Source: Tubiluchus corallicola (Eukaryota > Animalia > Priapulida). Taken from it: 64,000 nt of DNA. Positions within the stretch are counted from its first letter, which is position 1; each line of letters begins with the position of its first letter. The notes under the pieces were generated by a model. It had not been told where the DNA came from, did no database searches, and saw only the letters and a list, made by a program, of their open reading frames with translations. Made by a program: the position numbers and the translations under genes. Below are positions 11,453-24,330 of this stretch, piece after piece. The stretch covers positions 124,001 to 188,000 of the forward strand of contig JAQGDQ010000364.1 in the NCBI GenBank assembly GCA_030141605.1, written 5' to 3'.

Positions 11453-13006
11453 CTAGTTATGAATGACACCCTTGAAATTTTCCTTTTTCATCACAACGAC
11501 CTTGTACTGTACCCGCTGATCAGGAGGTTGCCTTTTTGGTTTTTGCAAAACTTTCTCTGGTTTTGTGACAGGAGCTCCGGGACACGAATGAAGAGTATGC
11601 TTGCTTAAACAGACTTGTCGCTTAAAGTACTTTAAGCAGGCACTACACTGAAAAGGATGCTCATTGCTATGAGTGATCATATGCAGTTTAAGTTCGTATT
11701 TATTAAATGCAGAATGACTACAGATGTTACACTGAACCTTGCGTTCATTTAGATGCATTCTTCGGTAATGAATTGCACGGGCACTGGCCGTAACAAAAAC
11801 AGCTGAACAAGCTTTACACTTGTAAGGTTTCTCTCCTGTGTGAATTCTCATGTGATCTTTTAAACAAGAACTTTTAACAAATGTCTTATTGCAGATTGAG
11901 CATCTAGGTTTTGGATTCCAAGATAGTCTGCACGTTTTGGTCAATTTATCACGATTTTCTATTCCGCATGACATTGTGTGCTTTTTAAAATAATCAGGAC
12001 TTTTGAATCTTTTCTGGCACTTATCACACTTAAATGGTCTTTCAGTTTGATGAACGAGCATGTGTTTCCTCAATGTTTGTTTCAAAGAGAAAGTTTTATC
12101 ACACTTATCGCACTTAAATGGCTTTTCTTCACAATGACTACATTGCACATGCATACGCAGAGCTCCTTTTTCAGCAAATCGTTTTTCGCACATATAACAC
12201 TTAAATGGCTTCTGCCCAGTGTGTATTCTAAGATGTACCACAAGCTGGTTTCTTGCACAAAACTTTTTGTGACACACTATACATTCGTATGGCAGAGAAC
12301 CTTCATGTTTTTGCATGTGCCGTCTCCAAGATGTTTGATATCTCATGCGCTTGTGACACACCCAACATTCGTAAGGCAACTTCTTGTCATGTATTCTTGC
12401 ATGATTATTGAGTGACTGAGATGTAGTTACTGTTTTGTGACAAACCTGGCAGGTGTAATTTTTCTTTTTTGTGTGCTGTCGCTCTGTGTGCCTTAACATG
12501 TTCCTCTCTGAACTGAATTCTTTCTCGCAGAATTGGCAAGGAAAGTTCACCAACTTTTCAGCAACCTGAACTTCACGTCCTATTAGATTTTCCATCGTTT
12601 GTCTGAAATCCAGAGCCATTTTGGTTGTACATGCTGAGTCATTGCCAAAACTTGAGCCATATGCTGTTGCACTGTAATCATGTCCAGACAAGGTGGCAAT
12701 ATCAAAACTCTCGGCACCTTGCTCTAATAAATGACGAGCAGCAGCAGGATCAGTAACATCATCATCACCATCATCAGTGCATTCTTGATCATCTGCATCA
12801 TACACAGACATGCTATCGCTAACAGAAAATGACAAAGAACTATTCTCCAGTGTACCAAATTCTAGTTCGTTAGCAGAAGGTTGATTCTCTTCACATGTGA
12901 TGATAACGCAATGATTTTTCATCGCGTGTTGAAGAAAATCTTTTTCTGTCTCCAAACAGTCGGAACAAGCAGTACATTTATAATAGACAAGTCTCTCGCT
13001 ATTCAT
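11453..13006 (-). CDS. Multi-C2H2 zinc-finger protein (about 12 fingers); first in-frame ATG at 13006
   Basis: Uninterrupted ORF with one N-terminal finger, an acidic linker, and 11 tandem C2H2/C2HC fingers with TGEKP-like linkers (TGQKPFKC, TGEKPYKC). Confidence 0.92.
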   Translation of the reverse strand: MNSERLVYYKCTACSDCLETEKDFLQHAMKNHCVIITCEENQPSANELEFGTLENSSLSFSVSDSMSVYDADDQECTDDGDDDVTDPAAARHLLEQGAESFDIATLSGHDYSATAYGSSFGNDSACTTKMALDFRQTMENLIGREVQVAEKLVNFPCQFCEKEFSSERNMLRHTERQHTKKKNYTCQVCHKTVTTSQSLNNHARIHDKKLPYECWVCHKRMRYQTSWRRHMQKHEGSLPYECIVCHKKFCARNQLVVHLRIHTGQKPFKCYMCEKRFAEKGALRMHVQCSHCEEKPFKCDKCDKTFSLKQTLRKHMLVHQTERPFKCDKCQKRFKSPDYFKKHTMSCGIENRDKLTKTCRLSWNPKPRCSICNKTFVKSSCLKDHMRIHTGEKPYKCKACSAVFVTASARAIHYRRMHLNERKVQCNICSHSAFNKYELKLHMITHSNEHPFQCSACLKYFKRQVCLSKHTLHSCPGAPVTKPEKVLQKPKRQPPDQRVQYKVVVMKKENFKGVIHN

Positions 13007-13217
13007 TTTTCTCGGAATTTTTGTACTCAACTGTAGCTCTGAAACAACAAATGTGCACAATAATTAGGTGAAAAGAAAAAGCTAATTGACTCCCAGAACC
13101 CGTTTACACTGTTATGCATGATTGAAGCTGCCTCAAGCCAGAATAATGCTCAAAGCAAGACCTAGTCAATGCAGATGGTTGTGACTGGACATGAATCTTA
13201 TTATAAAATTATTTTAA

Positions 13218-13585
13218 GTGTAGATTTAAAATGAACAAATCGGAAGAAGACACCACAAGTTTACATTAACATTTTATTAAAATATGACAGCACTTTATTT
13301 GACAAGTATCTAGTGCATATAAATAAATAATTATCTGTTATCATGTAAAAATATGATCCTCATTGTTAATTTTTTAACATGATATCTAACTTGTTAAATT
13401 GTTGCACTAGTTGTACTCATGCTAAGTTTTGGTGTGAATAAAAAAGAATAGATACACTTCTGTTACTTACGGTTTCTGTCATGCACTAGATACTTGTGAA
13501 ATAAAGTGCTGTCATATTTTAATAAAATGCTCACGTAATCTTGCGGTGTCTTCTTCCGTTTTGTTCATTTAAAATCTACACATAA
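13218..13585. mobile_element. MITE with ~100-bp terminal inverted repeats
   Basis: AAAATGAACAAATCGGAAGAAGACACC...CAAGTATCTAGTGCAT is inverted at 13481-13580. A second copy of the right part lies at 14210-14870, split by a Helitron. Confidence 0.75.
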
Positions 13586-14312
13586 AATACTAAAAACCAT
13601 TATAAAGATTAATCGGCTAAGAGGTGGACGTTGACTCGCAGAAGTAGTTCAGCAACACTCGGATGTGTAAACAGACTCTTTTGTCTGGGATGAAATTAAT
13701 AACCTGGAGCACCAACAACTGCCTGAAATTGATTTCAGCTTAGCTTAACATTGCATCCTTTCAAACTTTGTGTTAAGCATTTCGCTTGACACACAATCTG
13801 GTTTGCCAAATCTTTTCAGTTTCACATATTCTATGTGGACGGGTAATTTGGGAGTCGCCATTTGGGCACGAGAAAAGTGGGTGCAGTCATTTGGGCACCT
13901 GACACTTCGACACTGGCTCATTTAGACACGATACATTTGGATGTCAGTGTTGACACACAAGTTATGTCCAACAGAACCTCGCAGGAATAAAGTATATCCA
14001 TTTTACGTTACAAATCACACTGCCTATAACGGGCTAAAATTATCGTTGAAACGTCGTCCACTACCTCATTACCATGGTTGTGACTTTTAAAACATCCAAA
14101 ATTTTTGCAGGAAAAAAATATCTTCGTGAGTATCATTCAAGGAATCCATTTCTAGGTCAATTTCTTCCAAAGCACATCAAACGTTCAACACCAAATGAAC
14201 ACATAGTATCATGATATTTTACTTGTTAAATTGTTGCACTAGTTGTACTCATGCTAAATTTTGGTGTGAATTTCTGTCATGCACAAGATATTTGTGAAGT
14301 AAAGTGCTGTCA

Positions 14313-14786
14313 TCGTATATATTAATTTCGCTGGTATATATCATGGCATATATATATATGCCATGGCATCCCGTAACGGGCGTTTTCCCGGACCCAACTC
14401 GTGATTTTTTTTAAATTTTGACCAAACAGCATACGGAAAAAACGTTCTAGCGGCGCCTGGTGGGACTCTCGAAAGGAGATATATAGGTCTTTAGAAAGAC
14501 GAAGAACAGGGATACATGGTGATGTGGGCTATATTTTAGTACACGTCCACCAAGAGGAGTGCCGACGAGTTAATTAGATGTTCTATTTTGGCAATTTTCG
14601 CTTGGAAAACTGCGGATGCAAAGCCATTGTTGTCACGTCATCCATTATACTCTGTTTGTAACCTTATAGCTTTAATTCAGCAAAAGCTGCTGGCTTTGCG
14701 TTACAAACGAGGACTATGTAGGATGTTCGCGTATTTTTGATTATGAGTGTATTTATACGCAAAATTTTTTGCGGGGCCTCTGCTAG
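14313..14786 (+). mobile_element. Non-autonomous Helitron
   Basis: 5'-TC...CTAG-3' inserted between A and T with no TSD. The empty site GTGCTGTCA|TATTTTAATA is seen at 13506-13524. Subterminal hairpin CGCAAAA/TTTTGCG; second copy near 42550-42962. Confidence 0.85.
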
Positions 14787-14971
14787 TATTTTAATAATAT
14801 GCTAATGTAAACTTGCGGTGTCTCCTTCCAATTTGTTCATTTTAAATCTGCACATAAAATACTAAAAACCAGAAACTGTAAATTGCCTGGTTTTAATTGT
14901 TATATTATACTCATATTTTTGATTTAGTGAAGCAATAATTCTTAAAAATTATTGTGAGAATTAGGAAATTT

Positions 14972-15095
14972 GGCTGCAGTTTACGATTTCCGACACAAAA
15001 GAAATTAGTTCGTAAAGCAGATTAGGGTTAGGGTCAGGGTTGGGATTTGGGTTGGGTTAGGGTATTTAAATTGTGCGGGAAATTGTGAACTCCTT
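14972..15095. repeat. Small inverted-repeat element enclosing degenerate TTAGGG repeats
   Basis: GCAGTTTACGATTTCCGACACAA / TTGTGCGGGAAATTGTGAACTCC arms; TTAGGGTTAGGGTCAGGG at 15022-15062. Confidence 0.5.
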
Positions 15096-16280
15096 CTGGA
15101 AATTCTAGCGAGTCATTACCAAATTTAAATAAAATTAAAAACTTGCGTTCAAAGTCCCCATGCCCAAGTATTTCATTCCCAAATGTCATGTACCATATTC
15201 TATGAACAACATCAAAAAATTCTAATTCTGTTTGCTTGAGTTTGTTTCAACATTTTGTAATGTATACGAAGACAGCATATGAAGTCAATTAACGTAATTA
15301 AATAAAATAATTAGAAAATCTCTATAATTTACATATGAAAACAATTTCCTGCCTTGGTGAATAAGTTCATAAGGTACTAGGTTAATAACATTCCCACGAG
15401 GCAACGCTTGGCTACATAAGTGCGCTCAAGCGGTCTCACGTATACGCGCCCCATCAAAGCTTATTTATTTTAAAAAAAGTGTAAATGACCGGTACGTAAA
15501 AAATACCGATACCGTGCAAGCTTCAAGTATGTGGATTATTTTCTTCAGTTTCCTCCAATTTCTCATAAATTCTCAACTACCCATCGAAAATTTGAAATCA
15601 TTGTCACTTCTTAGGATTGTTACGCTACTGGATTTAGCAAGAGGGGAGATCCCCCAAAAGCGACAATATAATTTTTATAAATTAGAGCTGTTGCTACGCG
15701 CACACAAATTGGAATAGAATGTTCCTATAATTTTGTTCTTCAGTATGTAATTCCATTAATCTATTTGGACACATGAATTCCTATGCCAGACAAAAGAAGC
15801 ATTTATAAAGTTTATCACAACACAGAGAATTTTCCTTCCTCTTTAGCATATTACGCAACATTTACTTTTCTTTTTAATGTTCTTCCAAACACATACTCTC
15901 ATGACATCCTAAACTAACATTGATTTTTCCCTTGGAAAACTAATATTTTGCCGTCAGTTTACCAGAGTGCAGCTGCCTTTGGCTGGTTAGTAAATCTTGC
16001 AGGCAACGCAACTAATTGAAGTCTTTTCAAAACTCTTTGATTGAGACCTAAAGGAATTATTTTATTCACCTGTTCTGCAGTGTAAGTTTCTCTGAAGCTG
16101 AGCATTTCATTATGCTGATATGAAAACGACTATCACAGCATGATTTTATTTAAAAAATGTGGGCTTGCTGTTCGGATTCATAAAGCGTCACTGTTACAGG
16201 CTGTAGTCACCAACATATGTGGCAGATATCCTAAGAGTCACCAAAATCATTTCCCTAATCAATCGTTTTGTTCAGTTCTG

Positions 16281-16660
16281 TTATATACAGCACTGAACTA
16301 AAACAATGATTTTCATATATATGACTAGGTGGGGTTAAATTCATGTACCTGGCTTAACATTGCTCATTTAAATATGAAAAATTTCCACCTGGAGCCGAAA
16401 ACCTGAACGGTGAGTCAGGCACAATCACTTTTCCAGTGTTGAGCAATAGTAGTTTGTAATACGTCAATGAGAAATCTTAAAAGGACAATCAGCGGTATAG
16501 GCTGACCTGAAATGTGTGGATCCTTGACCACGGGTGATGGATCAAGAAATTAACAGTTCCGATTTCATTAAAAGAACATGCAATTTTTAGGCAATCAAGC
16601 AGGATGAATTTAATTAAAGTGATAACATAAAAATGGAATTCAAAGTACATATTATTGATA
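16281..16660. repeat. Dispersed repeat, copy 1 (copy 2 at ~23958-24330)
   Basis: TATATACAGCACTGAACTAAAAC...CAAAGTACATATTATTGA is shared at high identity between the two copies. Confidence 0.85.
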
Positions 16661-17097
16661 TATCTCAAGTAAGGAATTTTTTAAGTAAAGACGACAAATT
16701 TAACAAAAACGAAAACGCCCAAAGATCACCCCAATAGCTGATAATAAGATTGACATTGAAACCAATAGCCTGATGATGTCATGAGTGCAATAATTATACT
16801 GAAAGAACAAAAAGACGTACAGAAGTCATGTGCCTCTGATAGAGCATAAGGATAAACAGTTTTTCAATTAAAAGGCTAAAAGGGCTAGAAAAGAGACAGG
16901 CAGTTAGAGTCGGTAAATGATGAGAAAATCCCTGAAATGAGGGTTGGTGTTCCGCGTAAGAACATCACAAATGTTGGAAAACTTCTAATGTACTAACATG
17001 CAATGTGGAACACACAAAAATGACTTACAACTCTTATTGAGGCTTACATCACACGCACTCTCATCACTGCCCTTCTGTCCCTCATCAAGGCTCTAAA

Positions 17098-17332
17098 CCA
17101 AGAACGCCAAGCCACCACGATTTCAAGGTCAAGAACGCCAAGCCGCCAAGAATGCCAAGCCACCAAAAATGCCAAGCTGCCAAGAACGTCAAGATGCCAA
17201 GAATGCCAAGCCAACAAGAATGCCTAGCTGCCAAGAACGCCACGAATGCCAAGCCGCCATAAATACGAAGCTGCCAAGAATACCAAGCCGCCAAGAACGT
17301 CATGCTGACAATAATGCCGCGAATGCCAAGCC
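17098..17332. repeat. Degenerate 17-bp tandem repeat (CAAGAATGCCAAGCCGC)
   Basis: Recurrent CAAGAAYGCCAAGCYRC units. Confidence 0.8.
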
Positions 17333-20300
17333 AGATTGGTTGACAGACAGACAGACGAATTGGCTGACAAGCAAACGGATCTTCTTATAGAAATTGTTAT
17401 TTTGTATTTTCTTCAGCATATATAGAGAAAGATTTTATCAAGAAATATATAAATATATGTGGACATGGTTGAAATTTATTTAAGAATTTCCAGTTCATAT
17501 TCAGTATCTATGTTCATTATTGGGAAATATTTAATTAACATGCATTTGCTTTGGCATCCAACTCAGTCTTTAAGTGTAATCAAATATTGTGTGATACGTG
17601 GGGGCAAGTTTTTGCAACAACATGTAAAAATAGTTAAAAAGTAGATTTTTTAGATATTTTTAAAATTTGCAGGTCACTGATTCCATTGTTATGCTAATGT
17701 CTCATACCATTTCACAGGAAATGTAAGCTATTACTGATAAGCTATTATCAGAATAATGAACTGACTGAATGACGGACTAATTAAATAGCTTAACTGCCTA
17801 GCTAACTAACTAATTTGATTACAAAAAGTGCAGTCTTGAATAGAGTTAGTGTACCCATTGCGTACATGATAGTCTATTTGCAACATGTAAACTATTATCA
17901 CGATTAGTGTCACTCAAAATTTTACAGATTTAATTTAATTGCACCATTGAAAGGAAAACTTGTCAAATATGAATCAATACATTGAAATTAAACAATAAAA
18001 TTATATGAATTACTGTTTATTTATTCATATTTTTTAGTAGCAATGTTTAACAATTTTGACCTTATGAGATTCAGATTTCACGTTTAATGATTTTTATTAA
18101 TATTTATCATTATTGCCAGCCAAACTCTATTTTTTTATTTAATTTGAAACAGCTAGTTAAAGAAAAAGTAGTAACTGTTAATGCTATTAAATTATATCCG
18201 GGGAAAATCAGCAGATTAGTAATCGTAGTAGTGATGAAACTACCATCTTTGCAATCAGTAACTTTAACCCAATAAGCTAACACTCACGAAACCTTGTGAA
18301 AACATGCTTAGTCCTTGTAGGTGAAAGACATCAGAAAGTTGCAGCCAACATCAAGCATCTTTACAAAATCACTATTCAAATCAGTATAATAGTTTGATTG
18401 TTCAATTTCAATTGTTTTTACTCAATGTTTGGCAAGGCTTTGCACTCAATGGTGCAATTAAATTAAATATGTAAAAGGTTGAACGCTGTTATGATTCAGC
18501 TTACGTTATGCACAAAAGATTTATTGTATAAATTCCAAAATGACTTAACTGCTAATATTTCGACTAAAAATGCTGGGAGCATGTACTAGTATAAATCTCT
18601 ATATAAGTCTCTAAGAAAACAAACTTATTCAAAAGAGCATAAATAAGGTTATAATCTTAATACAACAAAATAAAACACAAATATCCAAAAAAATTATTCA
18701 CTATATCAAGTATGCTTCAGAAGGCTTAAAATGGGCTAGACCTCCTAGTTGAGAGGCCGGGGAAGCTATCTACAGCTTCCCCAGCCTTTGCATCTGCCTT
18801 TCTACTGGGTTACATTTGGACCTCTCCCCCCTCAAAAATCCTGGATTGGTCCCGGCGGACAAAGGTTGCCCTTCACACCATTTTCAAGGTCTTCAGCACA
18901 TCTAGTCTGTAAGTTTCATGTGTCCAGCCGTCTGCGTTTGTGAGTTGACATGAATTAAAGGTGCATGCCCAAATTTTCACATTTTGACTATTGTCTCTGG
19001 CCCTTAAATAAACAAAAAAAAAATTACTATGGTACGAATCCCTAATAATACTCCCAGATGTGTATCCAATAAGTTTCGTTACTCTATAGTTACTATAGTT
19101 TTAGAGTCACTGATTTTTTTATTCATTTTGGCTCCTATCTTAAGCTCTTACAGATTCCAGGTTTTTAAAACGCGTACATATCTGCATTCGTCATATTAGG
19201 CGCCAAGGTAAACAGAAACCCGTGGGAAGTCCACATTTAGAAACGAGTCATTTGGACACACGGTATTTTGCACACAAGGTATTTTGGATACTCAAGTGGG
19301 TTGGACACAAGGTAATCTGTGGACACATAGATCATTTGGACACATAAACCATTTGAACGCTATGGGTATAAAGGCTAAACAGGATAACTGGACACTAGAT
19401 AGTTTGGACATATACGTCATTAGGACATTTTGCACAAGAACTGAAAGCTTCTAAGAGTAGGCGTTTAGATTAGTGTGTCTTGTTTTTCAATGTCTAACCC
19501 CTGACACAATACAGTATCAACAGTTTGACGTTTCCAAACGTTATGAGAGACGAGGCATACCGCTTTTTAAGCACGTTCGCAAGCAACTTCTGTAAGATAC
19601 TTCTCCCGTCTTAGATCTCAATGTGCGAGGCAAGGCCAATCTAATGAACGACATGCTGTAACCTTGTCTCGTAATTTAACAACAATTGGATCTTTGGAAT
19701 CAAGAATACAGCGGTTATTAACACTTTTGACTCGCGATGATAACCGCTAACTGATACTAGAGAAAGGGGGAGCGACAGACAGACAAACGAGAGAAATAGA
19801 ACAGGAAAGGACAGGCCAGGACAGGACAGATAAAGACAGAACAGAATAGAATAAAATACATTTATTTTACAACAACAAATGCAACGATACAATAATATAA
19901 TAACAATAAAAAGAAAGTTGTTGTAAGGAGGAAGAAGGAGCAAGTACTTTTTAGTCTTCCTCCTACAGGTGGACACCACAACTGATAACATCATTCTATA
20001 ACTACATAAATTCAATTGCAAAAACAAAATTGTAAATTTCGGGAAACTTGTCAAATTTTATGGAACAACTACAACATCACTCAAGGGAAACACTTGAACG
20101 TTTTAAAAGCTCTTAACACAATTCTATTGAACTAACAATAATTCTTACAACAGATGCATCGGAAAAACGTTTACTCGGTAGATTATAAATAACAATCAAA
20201 CAAAAAACTTGTTTAACTGATTTTTTAAACTTACTCAAACTAAACATTTTAAATTCATCAGGGATTTTCAACGAAAGTTTAGTCTAGTGCTGTGGCATAA

Positions 20301-20584
20301 AGTAATTAGTAGATGCAGTATAGTGATCATGAGCATGGAGAACTGGATTAAAACATTTAGGAGGAAAACTGGAAGAGAAGGTTACCATACTCTGAATTTT
20401 GAAAGCAAATTCTCTGATTAAAATCGTATAGTCATTTAATGAGCATCAACTTAGCGTTCATCGTTTGATCATTTTCCATTGTTTTCCGATTTTATTCATC
20501 TAGTGAATAACCCAAAGCTACATATTAACACTATAAATGATGCAAAAAAGTTTGAAGTGCTAGAAACCTATTTACGAAATTTAT

Positions 20585-20650
20585 ATTTCGCGGGATTTGA
20601 ACTCACAACCGTAATGTCTGTAGACGAACACGTTACTCGTTGCGCCATCC
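20585..20650 (-). mobile_element. tRNA-derived SINE head (degenerate)
   Basis: Minus strand has an A-box-like TGGCGCAACGAGT and a B-box GAGTTCAAATCCC at tRNA-like spacing, but no complete cloverleaf. Confidence 0.5.
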
Positions 20651-22669
20651 AAACAAATGACGTCATTATACAGCAAGAAGCCTTACCAATGCGCGCACAA
20701 ATAGATCTTAAAATTACAGATGTCGCCACATGAATAAAATTTAAAAATACATAGCAACCAATACAAAGAATTATAACGCACCACAAACTGTTTGGGAAAC
20801 CGCGAAAAATATATGCAAATACTCACTCAAAGATGTCGCCACGTGATAAAGTTTAAAATACACGTAGACAACAATGCTAAACAACTGTAACGTACCACAA
20901 ACTGTTTGAGTAAGGCAAGTCTATATATAAATAAGTTTTCGGCTTTGTAATAAGTGGGGATGGCATCTCCGATAGAATAACTGGTCATACGACAGGGCTC
21001 TAGGAATGTGTGACCTCCATCGGATGGAACTGTAGAGTACGCACAATACTAAGTACGATAGCCGATAGGCGGTAGCTATTGTATGATTAGTTATATGGCT
21101 GTACAGTATACCGTAAAAAATGCTGCATGGAGGTAGCCCAGAAGCTTGTGGTATGACCCATCTGAGGGGACGAGTCCTTTTTGCAAAATTAAATTTTGGT
21201 TTGAAAGCTTGTACGTCTTCCAATGTAACACGAGAATTACGTTTAAAAATTTTAAAATCAAAATTTGAAGTTTTTTGAAGTCCCAAAATTCTTTTCTGGA
21301 ATTTTGGCATGCAAACAAGCATTAGACACGCAAACTGTAGACATCTTTTGAAATTTTATAAGTTCTTTAGTTTTACAAATTACCAGTAAAACGGTATTTC
21401 TATTTTTAAGTAAAATCGTGATGGCTTTAAAATGGCAGACTGACGAAAGAATATTAAAAAGATTTGCAAGGCTGGTGCTCTCTTTTTTGAAAACAACTGC
21501 AAGCTTCCCAGTAGCAGTATATCACCATCCAGCTTTCACTCTTTTGCATTTAATAACTAAAAGTATGAAATCAGCGTGGCCATAAGTTCGAGTGGCTCGT
21601 ACTTGCTTTCTAGCCTGGGTCATTTTGCTGAAAGAATGCTACACATGTGTGAACTTGAAATTTTATGCATTAATACTGTACTTACGTCATAACAAGCAGC
21701 AAGTCTACCAATAATTTAGAAATAATTATCCTAGTTAAACTGCAAATTTTGTAATGCTTTGAAGCCTAAAGCTACAGTGAATGATTGGTGATCTTGCCTA
21801 TCTCCACATTTAAGTTACCCACATAACAAAAAGAATGCGTACACTAGCTCTGTTTGCCTCTACAAAAATTATATATATATTAGGTCTAGTTGAAGAAAAG
21901 CGATTGACGCCCCATCTTCGCAAACACCTACAGTAAAGCTCACTATGTTTCAATAAAACAGTACAATTAAACAAAAGTGGTAGATAGCTGTCTAAAAATG
22001 AGGTTAAACTTTAAAACAAAAGTTGAAAAACGAGGAAACAAAACTCGTACTGGTCTGGTCTTCTGAATTCTCGGCGCCATGAAGTGTGCTTTCATTTTGC
22101 AGTAGGTCACTATATTTAATCTCATAATGCCTGATTCTATCACGAAGCACTTGGTAGTGAAAAAGTGTAGAATACACAAAAAAATTACTATCGAATTATC
22201 GACGCCTGGATCAAATTTACGTTCAATCCCACATGCGCTCCAATGTTTAAATGATCAACGAGACCAATTTTATTTCAATTTATTTCCAAATTATTGTTTG
22301 ACAGACGTTATAATAATTAGAAATTCGCAGGATATGTAAAAGTTTATAAAGTTTGGCAGCAACCGCAGTCAATAGACCAGTGTTTACAATTAACCTTGCA
22401 CTGCTGCTTGCTGTTTTGCTTTATAAAGAATAGGAAAACTAAAATTGCCTAACAGTGGCGCCTGCGCAAGCCGCGGCACTTTTGATGTCATACTCAGTTT
22501 CTAGTTCATAATAAATTAGATTATTTGCACCGTTTCGACTAATATTAGCATTACGTATAGTGTTTGTAAAAAATATGATTATTTCCTGGTTCTGCTCAAC
22601 AAAAAACATTTTACATTAGCCTGTTTTGTAAGTTATAAATATAACATATATATATATATATATATATAT

Positions 22670-23070
22670 AGTGTACTGCAGGGCTGTGATGAGATAGTGT
22701 AATACTGGCAGGGGAATACAGCAGACTTCTCAGGTGTGCGTGTGAACGTGGCTTTATCTAGCACATAGACTCTTATTCTGACCTAGTATTAGTAGGAGCC
22801 ACTAGTCACGTGCACACCTGAGCTTATAAAAAGGGTAGGTCTGCTGTAGATCCTTGTCAGTGGTCGTCTCCTCCCAGCTCTGTTCACATTTCAGGCTTTG
22901 CTCTATTCTATTCTGTTCGGTAAGCTATTTGGAATATTTTTTTGTAATAAATTGTCATTTTGATTTTATTATTCATTTTGGTTTGGCATTGACTTAGTTG
23001 AGACACGCCGCACGGTGTAGGCCGCGGTGCCATCCGTTCTGCCTCCATTAAAAGCGGAGGGCAGTCCAAT
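22670..23070 (+). mobile_element. Solo-LTR-like element inserted in (TA)n
   Basis: Imperfect inverted termini AGTGTACTGC / GCAGTCCAAT, internal TATAAAA (~22825) and AATAAA (~22946), and (TA)n on both flanks. Confidence 0.45.
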
Positions 23071-23391
23071 ATATATATATACAGCGAAAAATTAAGGCCG
23101 ACAATTGTCAATGCAATTCAATTCGCACTTTCACTCTCTTTCGTGTGAGTTTGTGACTTTGCTTTCATCTCTCTGTTGCCCATGTCTCTCATCATCGTCA
23201 TTATAGAGGTGATTTTTTATAAGTTTGAGTCTTGAAAAGACATAGATAAAAGATAAGCATGGAGGGCTCGATGCTCGTGTTGCCCTGGGCAATTGCCCGG
23301 GTGCCTGTTTGTGTTAACCCTTATACGGCCACGATTTTTTACAACCGATTTTGGTAACAGGGGGTGGGGGGTAAAAAAGTACCCCCATCAT

Positions 23392-23800
23392 CAGGGCCGT
23401 AGTCGGCTTTTGAAAAGTGGTCCAGCCACAGATACGGAACAGGTAGAAAAAGAATACAGCAGCAACATATAGAAGAGTATATTATAATTTATAACACAGA
23501 GTTATAATATAATAGAGCACTACACATACTCAATGATGACATGATTGATTAAAACTTCCCAAACACACATCTGCGCCGCTCATTTCTAGCAGTAAACTCG
23601 TTCGCAATTTCCTTCAGGTCGAGAGTGTCTGTTCTATCCATATGTACATGCAAAGTCATGAGATTGTTCAGTCTAGTTTGAGTCATCGTACTCCGCAAAT
23701 AAGTTTTTACTCTACGCAGGGCTGAAAATGTCTAGGCACGTATGGCAGAAAAAGTGGTCCGGCCATGGCCGGACCGGCCGGACCGCCGACTACGGCCTTG
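23392..23800 (-). mobile_element. hAT deletion derivative carrying the transposase C-terminal dimerisation fragment
   Basis: TIRs CAGGGCCGTAGTCGGC / GCCGACTACGGCCTTG and a degenerate 8-bp TSD (CCCATCAT/ACCATAAT). Minus strand ~23730-23550 reads TFSALRRVKTYLRSTMTQTRLNNLMTLHVH...EIANEF. Confidence 0.85.
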
Positions 23801-23957
23801 ACCATAATTCTTAAATTACTTTTGATAAACCGCCGTGTTTCATTAGTAAACAGCAACAGCATAATTTGTGGTTATGCTGACCACCATAGGATACATTATA
23901 CCGCTGCTTAAAGACATGCGACTTACTAGTAATGCGAAATTTAAATTCAGAATTATA

Positions 23958-24330
23958 TTATATACAGCACTGAACTAAAACAACGATTTTCATACATATG
24001 ACTAGGTGGGGTTGAATTCATGTACCTGGCTTAACATGGGTCATTTAAATATGAAAAATTTCCACCTGGAGCCAAAAACCTGAACGGTGAGTCAGGCACA
24101 CTCACTTTTCCAGTGTTGAGCAATAGTAGTTTGTAATACGTCAATGAGAAATCTTAAATGGACAATCAGCGGTATAGGCTGACCTGAAATGTGTGGATCC
24201 TTGACCACGGGTGATGGGTCAAGAAATTAACAGTTCCGATTTATTTAAAAGAAAATACAATAGGTAATCAAGCAGGATGAATTCAATGAAAGTGATAACC
24301 TAAAAATAGAATTCAAAGTTCATATTATTG
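23958..24330. repeat. Dispersed repeat, copy 2 (copy 1 at ~16281-16660)
   Basis: Direct sequence match to copy 1. Confidence 0.85.

Noticed and set aside
11978-12415. 145-aa plus-strand ORF
   Set aside because: Antisense shadow of the zinc-finger CDS.
15021-15063. Telomere or telomerase-related sequence
   Set aside because: Only a few degenerate TTAGGG units inside a small inverted-repeat element.
20585-20650. tRNA gene
   Set aside because: A and B boxes are present but there is no acceptor stem or cloverleaf; better explained as a SINE head.
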